Source: Candidatus Eiseniibacteriota bacterium
GTDB lineage: Bacteria; Orphanbacterota; Orphanbacteria; Orphanbacterales; Orphanbacteraceae
DNA: 64,000 nucleotides
Reading direction: 5' to 3'
Assembly (NCBI GenBank): GCA_043809585.1
Contig: JBDROZ010000023.1
Coordinates: 1-64,000, forward strand
Both the position numbers and the translations under genes were made by a program. Below, piece by piece: positions 10,523-19,265 of this stretch. Position 1 is the stretch's first letter; each line of letters starts with the position of its first letter. A model generated the notes under the pieces. The model ran no database searches. It worked only from the letters and a program-made list of their open reading frames with translations, and was not told the origin of the DNA.

Positions 10523-12732
10523 CACGCCACCCTCTCGATCCGGACGAAGTTCACGTTCATCCCGGTGCCGCCCATGATCGGATCGGTCTTGGATCGGGTC
10601 ACCAGCTTCGAGTCGCTCGCCCCCCGGCCCCGCGCGAACTTCAGGCCAATCGCGTCGTGGCCGTACCCGTGGACCATGTAGACGCAGTCGGTGCGGATTC
10701 GCTCCGTCACCTTGACCCTCACCGGCTCGGACCGGACCTCGTCCTGGTTGACGAGAATCGCTCTCTCCCCGTCCCGGAGGCCCGCTTCCTTCGCCATGCG
10801 GGTGTTCAACCAGACCGAGTTCTCCGAGTAGATCTCCGAGAGGAACCGGTTGTTGGTGGTGCGGCCGAAGGTGTGGACCGGCGCCCTCCCGAAGAGGAGC
10901 CGGTAGTGCCCCGGCGGCGGTTCCTCGGGGGGCGTGAAATCGGGGATCGGGGCGAAGCCGGCGTCGGCCAACTGCCCGGAATAGAGCTCGATCTTCCCCG
11001 ACGGCGTGGCGAAGGCGGGTTCCACCCCCTCCTCGATGTAGAGGGGCTTCATGTCTCCGACGACGACGCCGGTCTTCATGAGGGCGTCGCAGTCGTAGCC
11101 GCCGCCGTGGACCCGGTGCTTGGAGTACTCCTCGCTGTCCTTCCAGGGGAAGTAGTCGGCGAGGCCGATCCGGCGGGCGATTTCCCGGGCGATCCACCAC
11201 CCCGGCTTCGAGTCGTACATCGGTTCCACCACGGGCTGACGGATCGCGAGGAAGGGCGTCTTGTACGGCGGGGCGTGAACCTCGTCGCATCGTTCGAGGT
11301 AGGTCGACTCGGGGAGCACCACGTCCGCCCAGCCGCAGATCTCCGCGGGGAGGACGTCGACGGCGACCATGAACTCCAGCTCCTGAATCGCCTTCTTCGT
11401 CTTCTCCGGCGACGGCAGGGACTGGATCAGGTTCGTACCGTAAACGAACCACGCCTTGATGTCGTACTCCGACTGTCCCGGAATGCTCGCGTCGCAGAGG
11501 CCGGAGGCGAGGGTCTGGTCCGCGAGGGGGTAGACCGTCCCGCGGGGCATGTCGGCGGGGATCCGGGGCCCGCGGGCGTAATCCGTGTACGGGTATCGGG
11601 GCAGGTCGAGCCTCGAAGGAAAGTAGAAGCCGCCCTTCCGCCCCCACGACCCGAGGAGGGCGTTCAGCATCGCGATGGCCCGGCTCCGCTGGGTATCGTC
11701 GCCGTACCAGGTGACGTGCCGGCCCGGGTGCACGAGGGAGGCGGGACGGGCGCCGGCGATGAAGCGGGCCGTCTCCACGATCGTCTCCGGCCGGATCGTG
11801 GTCTTCGTGTACGCCCACTCGGGCGTCTTGTCCCGGACGTGGTTCTTCAGCTCGCCCAGACCGGTCGCGTACCGGTCCAGGTACTCCCGGTCGTAAAGCC
11901 CTTCGTTCACGATGACGTGCATCCACGCGAGAAGGAGGGCGAGGTCGGTCCCCGGCTTGATCGGCAGCCAGTGGCGCGCCTTCCCCGCGGCGGTGGAGAA
12001 ACGCGGGTCCACGACGACCAACTCCGCCCCCCGGTCCAGGGCGCGGGCGAAATCCTGGACCTGGGTGTTGTGCATGTTCTCGCCGAGATGGGATCCGATC
12101 AGCGTGATCACCCGGGAGTGCTCCATGTCGGTGTTCTCGGGGGAGCCGACGCCGGAACCGAAGGTGAGCTGGAAGCCGACCTCCCGGGGGCCCCGGCACT
12201 GGGCGTAGGAGGGGGCGGCGATGTTCGGTGATCCGTAGGCGTGCATCAGATGGGTGAACCACGAGCCGCCGTATCCGTGGGTGTAAAGGGCGAGCGCCTC
12301 GGGCCCGTGCTCTTTCCGGATCCGCGTCATCTGGTCCGCGATCTTCCCGAGGGCCGTTTCCCAGTCGACCTCGTCGAAGACCTGTTCCCCCCGCTTCTCC
12401 CGGCGGATCAGCGGCTTCTTCAGGCGGTCCGGGTCGTAGAGGAGGCCCATGCCGCCGGTGCCGCGGGGGCAGAGGCGCCCCCGGGAGCGGGGATGGGCCG
12501 GGGTGCCGGTGAGCTTCGTCACCCGCCCGTTCTTGACGTGGGCGAGGACCCCGCACTTCCAGAAGCAAAGCTCGCAGAAGGTGGGGACCACCCGGTCGCC
12601 GTCGGTGCCGGGGTCGTGCACGACGTCCCCGTCGGCGCCCCACCAGTCGGTGAGCAGCCCTCCGCCGACGGCGATCCCCGCGGCCGCGCCGCCGCCGATC
12701 TTGATGAACCCCCGTCTAGTCACCCGGGGCAT
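10522..12732 (-). CDS. psrA: Polysulfide/thiosulfate reductase-type molybdopterin catalytic subunit with Tat signal
   Basis: TRRGFIK Tat motif; CELCFWKC...LCPRG Fe-S site; Cys in SYAQCRGP as likely Mo ligand. Confidence 0.85.
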   Translation of the reverse strand: MPRVTRRGFIKIGGGAAAGIAVGGGLLTDWWGADGDVVHDPGTDGDRVVPTFCELCFWKCGVLAHVKNGRVTKLTGTPAHPRSRGRLCPRGTGGMGLLYDPDRLKKPLIRREKRGEQVFDEVDWETALGKIADQMTRIRKEHGPEALALYTHGYGGSWFTHLMHAYGSPNIAAPSYAQCRGPREVGFQLTFGSGVGSPENTDMEHSRVITLIGSHLGENMHNTQVQDFARALDRGAELVVVDPRFSTAAGKARHWLPIKPGTDLALLLAWMHVIVNEGLYDREYLDRYATGLGELKNHVRDKTPEWAYTKTTIRPETIVETARFIAGARPASLVHPGRHVTWYGDDTQRSRAIAMLNALLGSWGRKGGFYFPSRLDLPRYPYTDYARGPRIPADMPRGTVYPLADQTLASGLCDASIPGQSEYDIKAWFVYGTNLIQSLPSPEKTKKAIQELEFMVAVDVLPAEICGWADVVLPESTYLERCDEVHAPPYKTPFLAIRQPVVEPMYDSKPGWWIAREIARRIGLADYFPWKDSEEYSKHRVHGGGYDCDALMKTGVVVGDMKPLYIEEGVEPAFATPSGKIELYSGQLADAGFAPIPDFTPPEEPPPGHYRLLFGRAPVHTFGRTTNNRFLSEIYSENSVWLNTRMAKEAGLRDGERAILVNQDEVRSEPVRVKVTERIRTDCVYMVHGYGHDAIGLKFARGRGASDSKLVTRSKTDPIMGGTGMNVNFVRIERVA

Positions 12733-13063
12733 GTCGCTCCTCGGCGTGGTCCCGGTGGCACCGGGCCAGGCAGGTCATGAGGTCGGCGATCGGGGGAAGG
12801 GCCACCGAGTACCGCCGGAACCCGCCGTCCTTCCTCGCCTTCACCAGACCGTGAAGGCGGAGGGAGGCGAGTTGCTGGGAAATCGTCGCCTGGGCGAGGC
12901 CGAGGGTTTCGCGGATTTCACCGACCGAAGATTCGCCGGAGACACAGAGAGAGGCCATGATCCGGAGCCGGATCGGGTTTCCGAGGGCCCGGAGAACCTG
13001 GCAACGGATGTCCGCCATTTCGAGGTCGTCGATGAGCGTCTCAATCAGCTTCTTGTCCACCAT
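12716..13063 (-). CDS. ArsR/SmtB-family repressor (start could instead be 13102 or 13108)
   Basis: LRALGNPIRLRI...SVGEI...QATISQQLASLR winged HTH; four Cys. Confidence 0.85.
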   Translation of the reverse strand: MVDKKLIETLIDDLEMADIRCQVLRALGNPIRLRIMASLCVSGESSVGEIRETLGLAQATISQQLASLRLHGLVKARKDGGFRRYSVALPPIADLMTCLARCHRDHAEERHAPGD

Positions 13064-13111
13064 GAGTATCTCTTTCGCTACGACTTCGCTTCTCGCGGAC
13101 ATGCTCATGTC

Positions 13112-13136
13112 ATTATATCGGTATTTCCATATATAA
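13112..13136 (-). promoter_or_regulatory. Candidate ArsR operator overlapping a TATAAT -10 box
   Basis: Imperfect inverted repeat TTATATCGGTAT/TTCCATATATAA; minus-strand TATAAT at 13112-13117. Confidence 0.6.
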
Positions 13137-13153
13137 GGCACACGAGTTATGAT

Positions 13154-13179
13154 GATTATCCATATTAAAGTGGATAATC
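13154..13179. promoter_or_regulatory. Perfect palindrome GATTATCCA-N8-TGGATAATC, candidate regulator site
   Basis: 9-bp perfect inverted repeat in the AT-rich region upstream of the psr operon. Confidence 0.5.
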
Positions 13180-13239
13180 GATCGACTCCGGAAGGGGAGT
13201 GCGGGAGACCCCGAGAGGAGTGACTGCCCCAAACACAAA

Positions 13240-13267
13240 GCGCCCGGCTCCTTTCGGAACCGGGCGC
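13240..13267 (-). terminator. Hairpin terminator after sodA
   Basis: gcgcccgg...ccgggcgc stem followed by TTTGTGTTT on the minus strand. Confidence 0.6.
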
Positions 13268-13291
13268 CGGATCGTTCGATCGGAGGCTCTC

Positions 13292-13906
13292 CTACTTCTT
13301 GTAGGCCTCGTAGCGGCGAAGAACCTCTTCCCAGTTTACCACGTTCCACCAGGCCTCGACGTAGTCGGGCCGGCGGTTCTGGTAATGCAGGTAGTAGGCG
13401 TGCTCCCAGACATCGAGACCGAGGATCGGCGTGTGGCCGTTCGAATGAGGCGTGTCCTGGTTCGCCGTCGACCCGACGTACAGCTTCCCGTTTCCGTCGA
13501 AAGCGAGCCACGCCCAACCGCTGCCGAAGCGTGTGGTCGCCGCCTTGGCGAACTCCGCCTTGAAGGCGTCGAAGGAACCGAAGGTGCTCTTGATCTCGCC
13601 CGCCGGCGCCCCCTTCGGTTCGCCTCCGCCGTTCTTCCCCATGACGGTCCAGAAGAGGGTGTGGTTCCAGTGGCCGCCGCCGTTGTTCCGAACCGCCGTC
13701 CTGATCGTCTCGGGCACGGCGTTCAGGTCGCCCATCAGCGCGCCCAAGCTTTTCTTCCCGAGATCGTCGTGCCCCTCGAGGGCCTTGTTCAGGTTCGTCA
13801 CGTAGGCAGCGTGGTGCTTGTCGTGATGGATCTCCATGGTGCGCGCGTCGATGTAGGGCTCGAGCGCATCGAATGAATAGGGGAGGTTCGGGAGGGTATG
13901 AGCCAT
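13292..13906 (-). CDS. sodA: Mn/Fe superoxide dismutase
   Basis: [18 protein letters not shown] and DVWEHAYY motifs. Confidence 0.95.
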   Translation of the reverse strand: MAHTLPNLPYSFDALEPYIDARTMEIHHDKHHAAYVTNLNKALEGHDDLGKKSLGALMGDLNAVPETIRTAVRNNGGGHWNHTLFWTVMGKNGGGEPKGAPAGEIKSTFGSFDAFKAEFAKAATTRFGSGWAWLAFDGNGKLYVGSTANQDTPHSNGHTPILGLDVWEHAYYLHYQNRRPDYVEAWWNVVNWEEVLRRYEAYKK

Positions 13907-14295
13907 GGTGAAACTCCTTAACTGTAGGAATCTGAAAGGGAAGCCCGAATTCGCGGGTCCGGGGTTCGCCGGGAACCGGAGGGATTACGTGAAACTCCGG
14001 TTGTCTGCTCCCTGGAAGATAATGAGACGCGAACGACGCCGCAAGGGGAAGCCGGCCGGGGACGGCGGAGGACAGGAGCGCCCGGAATGTCCCGATCCGC
14101 GCCGACGACTCAAGATCGGGCCAATCTTGGTCGATCCTCGGAAAAGAAGCGAATCGAATCTTCCACGCCTCCCACGGTCCGGGTGAAGGGTCGCTTTCGT
14201 GATTCGAGCGTCCCCCGGCGACCCCGGAGAAGGGGAGGCGGCTCTTCGGAGAGGAGGGCCGGTGGGAGGTTCATCGGGAAGGAGAGATCCCGCAC

Positions 14296-16845
14296 ATGAA
14301 AACCGACTCGATCCGCCCGCCCGCCCTCGCCCTTCTCCTCGCTCTGGGCGTGGCGGCGACGGCCTTCGCGGACATCCCCCGGGCCATCCACCTTCAAGGC
14401 GTGCTGACCGACGACGGGGGGCTTCCCTTGACCGGTGACTACTCCCTCACATTCTCGATCTACTCCGACACGACGGTGGCGGCGATCTGGAGCCAGGTGA
14501 CGCCGGTCCACGTGGAGGACGGTTTCTACGAAGCCGCTCTCGGAGTGGGGGGCGTCTCCTTCGACGACCCGCTCTTTCTCGGCATCGAAGTCGGTGGGAG
14601 CGCCCTCGGGCCGAAGAAGCCCCTCGCGAGCGTTCCCTACGCCCTCTCGGTTCCGGACGGAAGCGTCACGGCCACGAAGATCCCGCCCGGCCAGATCGTA
14701 CGGAGCCTGAACTCGCTCACCGACACGGTTCGCATCGTGGCGGGGAGCCAGGTCAGCGTGCTCGAGAGCGGCGACTCGATCATCATTTCCGCTTCCATCG
14801 AGGGGGCGGGGGCGGACGGCGACTGGACCGTCGAGGGGGACAACCAGTACGCCCAGACGACCGGCAACGTCGGAATCGGGGTCATCGCCCCCGGGGAGAA
14901 GCTCGACGTCTCCGGCGCGATCCGGACGGACAGCCGCTTCGTCTCGACGATGGCCGCGGGGACTCCGCCTCTCACCGTGAACTCTTCGACCCTCGTGGAC
15001 AATCTGAACGCCGACCTCCTCGACGGCTCCCACGCCTCCGCTTTCGCGGAAGCGTCCCACACCCACGCGGTCGCCGACGACGGGGACTGGACCGTGGCGT
15101 CCGGCAACGTCTATCGATCGAGCGGGCGCGTCGGCATCGGCACGAACAGCCCGATCTACACGCTCGACCTCGACGCGGCGTCCGCCGGGATCCGAATCAA
15201 TACGACGGACACGGGGGATCCCCGGCTCTCCTTCCTCGTCGGCGGCGCGAACAAGTTCACCCTCGGCGTCGACAACTCGGACCTGGACAAGTTCAAGATA
15301 GGCACGGGGGCGGTCAGCGACAACACGAGATTCATGATCGACGGCGATGGGAACGTCGGGATCGGAAGCCCGTTCGCGGGCGCCCGGCTCTACGTGGTGA
15401 CCGACGAACCGTACGGCGGAATCGGGATCGACAACCAGGCCGCGGACGGGGATCCGGAACTGTGGTTCGGCGTCAACGGTTTTGCCCGGTGCGTCCTCGG
15501 CGTCGACGATTCGGACGGAGACAAATTCAAGATCTCGAGAAGCACGGGATCGTGGCTCCCCATGGTCACCGTCGACACTCTGGGGAACATGGGAATCGGC
15601 TGGGAGAACCCGGTCCGGCGGCTCGTCGTCAGCGGCGACAGCGCCTTCGACGGAATCGACATCAACAACTCGGCGGCCAACGGCGACCCCGAGCTTCGGT
15701 TCCAGCTCGACTACGGGAGCAAGTTCACGATCGGCGTGGACGACTCGGACGGGGACAAGCTGAAGATCGGCACCACGTCGGCGGGGACTTCCACGAGAAT
15801 GACCATCGACGGATCGGGCAACATCGGCATCGGCACCGTGAACCCCAATGTCCCGCTCCACGTCGAGGGGGGGAGCGACGTCACCGGGGTCGGCGGCGGA
15901 AACATCCTTCTCGGCTCGGCGACGGGATCGGGAATCCGGATCGACGACAACGAGATTCAGTCGTACACGTCGGGCACGGCGGAACAGTCGACGCTCTACT
16001 TGCAGAAGGAGTCGGGGAGCCGGCTGAATCTGGGCAACGGGACCCTGATCGTCGACTCCACCGGCACCGTGGGGATCGGCGGGAACCCATTGCTCAGGGG
16101 GGGGCTCTACATCGACCATGACGGCGGCGGTATCCAATACGCGCTCCACACGACGGGAGTGATCACGAGCCCCTGGATGGGGCTCGCCTACATCGGTTCC
16201 GACAGCGCCGCCGCGAGCGGCACGAGCGCGCTCATGGTGTCCGTGCCGAACGGTTCCGCCGCCGACTGCATGCTCATCAACGCGATGAGGAACTTCGATA
16301 CCGAATTCCGTGTCGACGGCGACGGGGACGTTTTCGCGGACGGGGCGTTCTCGGGCGGGGGCGCCGATTTCGCGGAACTGTTCCGGGTAAGCGGAGGCGC
16401 GGAGTCGGTGGAGCCGGGAGACGTGCTCGCCATCGACCCGGGCGACCCCGGATCGCTGCGAAAGTCGGTGAAGGCCCGGTCGACCTTGGTCGTGGGGGTC
16501 TACAGCACTCGGCCGGGGTTCGTCGCTTCGAAGAGAGAGTGGGACGAAGAGGGCGGCGCCGAAAGAGTCCTCGTCGGAGGCGAGATGGTCGCGAAACGGG
16601 AGTACAAGCTCGGGGACGTGGCCGCCGAATTCGACGAGGTCCCGGTCGCCGTCGTCGGCCGTGTCCCCTGCAAGGTGACGGCCGAAAACGGGCCGATCCG
16701 GATCGGCGACCTTCTCGTCACGTCGTCCACGCCGGGCCACGCCATGCGGGAGGACGATCCGAGAGTGGGGACGGTCCTCGGCAAGGCGCTGGAAGCGCTC
16801 CCCACCGGGACGGGCGTGATCGAGATCCTCGTCACGCTCCAGTGA
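14296..16845 (+). CDS. Large secreted fibre-like protein with GNVGIG repeats and a chaperone-like C-terminus
   Basis: Signal peptide; three GDP.L.F...GVD.SD.DK.KI repeats; C-terminal DFAELF...VGRVPCKV...GDLLVTSSTPGHAM. Confidence 0.75.
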   Translation: MKTDSIRPPALALLLALGVAATAFADIPRAIHLQGVLTDDGGLPLTGDYSLTFSIYSDTTVAAIWSQVTPVHVEDGFYEAALGVGGVSFDDPLFLGIEVGGSALGPKKPLASVPYALSVPDGSVTATKIPPGQIVRSLNSLTDTVRIVAGSQVSVLESGDSIIISASIEGAGADGDWTVEGDNQYAQTTGNVGIGVIAPGEKLDVSGAIRTDSRFVSTMAAGTPPLTVNSSTLVDNLNADLLDGSHASAFAEASHTHAVADDGDWTVASGNVYRSSGRVGIGTNSPIYTLDLDAASAGIRINTTDTGDPRLSFLVGGANKFTLGVDNSDLDKFKIGTGAVSDNTRFMIDGDGNVGIGSPFAGARLYVVTDEPYGGIGIDNQAADGDPELWFGVNGFARCVLGVDDSDGDKFKISRSTGSWLPMVTVDTLGNMGIGWENPVRRLVVSGDSAFDGIDINNSAANGDPELRFQLDYGSKFTIGVDDSDGDKLKIGTTSAGTSTRMTIDGSGNIGIGTVNPNVPLHVEGGSDVTGVGGGNILLGSATGSGIRIDDNEIQSYTSGTAEQSTLYLQKESGSRLNLGNGTLIVDSTGTVGIGGNPLLRGGLYIDHDGGGIQYALHTTGVITSPWMGLAYIGSDSAAASGTSALMVSVPNGSAADCMLINAMRNFDTEFRVDGDGDVFADGAFSGGGADFAELFRVSGGAESVEPGDVLAIDPGDPGSLRKSVKARSTLVVGVYSTRPGFVASKREWDEEGGAERVLVGGEMVAKREYKLGDVAAEFDEVPVAVVGRVPCKVTAENGPIRIGDLLVTSSTPGHAMREDDPRVGTVLGKALEALPTGTGVIEILVTLQ

Positions 16846-16916
16846 GGCCCTCGCCGGTGACGAATGAAAACGCCCGGTTCCAGGCCGGATCCGGGCGCCG
16901 TCAAACGACTCTCCTT

Positions 16917-17095
16917 AGAACCGGTTTCACAACCTCCATTCTACTGCGATCGGCTGCAAAGCCCGGCGGCTGCGTACTCGGGTAAAAACGTCCTCAATGG
17001 CCTTCTTAGGCCACTTCCGGGCGTTTTCCCCCTTGATCCTTGCCGCCGGACCTTTCGCTCGATCTCGCGACGAAGGAGGTTGTGAAACCGATTCT
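16917..17095. mobile_element. MITE-like element (179 bp)
   Basis: 21-bp terminal inverted repeats AGAAYCGGTTTCACAACCTCC with 1 mismatch; internal hairpin; no credible ORF. Confidence 0.6.
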
Positions 17096-17281
17096 TGCAA
17101 TGAGCGGGGGACCGGTCTCGCCCGAGCTTCCGGTTACGAAGACACCAGCCTTACCTCCGCGAGCCCTGTTCCCCTCCGAACGGGTATCGCCGACCAGCAC
17201 GATCATTCCAAGGTGCAGAGGAGGAGACCAAGGAAGACCGGCCACTGGGGAATGAATCGATGCGTTTCTTATCCGAGCTTG

Positions 17282-19219
17282 TCACTTCGGAGTGAGCGCC
17301 TCCTTCAGTCGCAACGCCGCTTCGTTCTCCGGATCGTGGGCAAGGGCCCGCTCGATCGCTTCGCGGGCGCCCGCTTCGTCGCCCGAACGGCCGAGGAGGA
17401 AGGCGAGGCGGGACCAGGTCTCGGAGTCGCTCGGGTCGAGTTCGAGGGAGCGGCGATAGGCGCCGGCCGCCTCGTCGAAGCGCTCCCCGCGCGCGAGATA
17501 GCCGCCGAGCCCCCGGTGGGCCTCCGCCTCCTCCGGCATCCGCTCGACCATTGCGCTCAGCACCCGCTCCGCCGTCCCCGGGTCGCCCGACTCCTCGTAC
17601 GCCCGGGCGAGATTGAGATAGGCTCGGAGATATCCGGGTTCCATGTCGACCGCCCGCTCGAGCAGGTCGATCGCCTCCCGGTATTCGCCCCGCCGGGCTT
17701 TGTTCGTCCCGAGGTTGAACAGGTTCTGGGCGTCTTCGGCGAGGTCCGCCGCCTTCTCGTAGAAAAGGGCGGCGAGATCGTCGAACCCCTCCCTCGAGAG
17801 AATGACGCCGAACGATTTCGGCGCCCGGGCGGCCTGATTCTCATAGTGGGGATCCCGGGCCACCATGGCGACCGTGGCGGCGACCGCCCGGTTCCGCTCG
17901 GTCTGGAGGACGATCCACGGCATCGTGTGCAGGAAGATCGCGCCGATGACGAGCGCGGCCGCCCCACGGCCCGGCGCGGCGCGGCAGGCGACGAAGAACC
18001 ACCCGAGAAAGAGGGCGAGGGGGAAGGCCGGGAGGGCCATGAGGTCCCAATCCCGGGCGCCGATTTCGGGGTCGAAGAGAAGCAGATAGAGAATCCCGAG
18101 GAGGGCGGCGCCGCCGAGGAAGCGGCCGATCGGGGCGTCGCCCTCCTCCCCTCCTTCGCGCTCACGGCTCTTTCCGCCAAGGAAAGGAAGAAGGAGCACG
18201 CCGCCGAGAAGGAGCAGCATCTCGTTCAGGACGAACGCGAGGTGGTGAACGGAGAGGATCGGATAGGAGTGGTCCCCCCGGTTCAGGAGGGGCAGGATCA
18301 GGTGGAAGCCCCGGTAGTACCGCTCCATGTAGGCGCCGAGGAGGAGGACCCCGCCCGCGGCGATGAGGGTGGCGGGGATGGCGGTCGTGAGCAGTCGCCT
18401 CCGGCTCATGCTCATGTTCCCGCGAACGAGAAGCAGGAGCCAGGAAGGGGCGATCACGATCGCCGAGAGATGGAGAGCCACGGCGACCGCGAGCGCGATC
18501 GTCGGCAGAGCGATCGAACCCTTACCCCGAAGGTACCGAACCGAGAGATAGAGGTAGAGAAGGAGCGCGGCCTGCATGAGGGAGTAGTGCTCTACGTATC
18601 CGAAGAAAAGGAGGATCGCGCCGGAGCCGGCGATCGATGCGAAGATCAGGGCCCTCGCGCGGGCCTCCTCCGAGAGCTCCTTCGCGATCGCCCGCGCGAG
18701 AAGGACGACCCCGACGCCGGCGAGCACGCTCGTCGTCTGGAAGGGGCACTCCCCCCCCGTTCCGGGGAGCCGTCCATGAAGGAGCCCGAAGATCCCCTTG
18801 TGGATCGTGAGGGAGAGGTAGCCCGCGGCGCCCCTCCCCGTCTCGTCCGGGTTCCGTACCACGGAAGTGATGATCATCCCGTCGCCGAGGAAGAAGTTCC
18901 GGGTACGAAACAGGACCAGCAGGGCGAGGGCCCCCGCGCCGAGCACGAACGATCCGAGCCGCCCCTTCGAGTCGATCCAACCGGCGACTCGCCCGGCGGT
19001 TGTGACGGCAATGTCCCGCGTCTTCGGAACGACGATCAAGAGCAGCGCGACGATCCAGGCGACAATCCAAAACGGCGCGAGGAAACCGGGATGATGGGCG
19101 CCCCAGATCGTCTCGGGAAGGAAGACCGATGCGGCGAGATGAAGAAGGAGAAAGAGCGCGAAGGCGGCGAGGAAGACCGCTCCCGAAGTTCCCTTCTGCT
19201 CTCCGCCTCGTTTGCGCAT
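17282..19219 (-). CDS. Polytopic membrane protein with C-terminal TPR repeats
   Basis: Many TM helices followed by TPR-like repeats (LFNLG, AYLNLA, AHRGLG). Confidence 0.8.
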   Translation of the reverse strand: MRKRGGEQKGTSGAVFLAAFALFLLLHLAASVFLPETIWGAHHPGFLAPFWIVAWIVALLLIVVPKTRDIAVTTAGRVAGWIDSKGRLGSFVLGAGALALLVLFRTRNFFLGDGMIITSVVRNPDETGRGAAGYLSLTIHKGIFGLLHGRLPGTGGECPFQTTSVLAGVGVVLLARAIAKELSEEARARALIFASIAGSGAILLFFGYVEHYSLMQAALLLYLYLSVRYLRGKGSIALPTIALAVAVALHLSAIVIAPSWLLLLVRGNMSMSRRRLLTTAIPATLIAAGGVLLLGAYMERYYRGFHLILPLLNRGDHSYPILSVHHLAFVLNEMLLLLGGVLLLPFLGGKSREREGGEEGDAPIGRFLGGAALLGILYLLLFDPEIGARDWDLMALPAFPLALFLGWFFVACRAAPGRGAAALVIGAIFLHTMPWIVLQTERNRAVAATVAMVARDPHYENQAARAPKSFGVILSREGFDDLAALFYEKAADLAEDAQNLFNLGTNKARRGEYREAIDLLERAVDMEPGYLRAYLNLARAYEESGDPGTAERVLSAMVERMPEEAEAHRGLGGYLARGERFDEAAGAYRRSLELDPSDSETWSRLAFLLGRSGDEAGAREAIERALAHDPENEAALRLKEALTPK

Positions 19220-19265
19220 CGATGTTCCCTCCCGCGCCGATTGTACGTCCGGCGCGGGGACCCGG

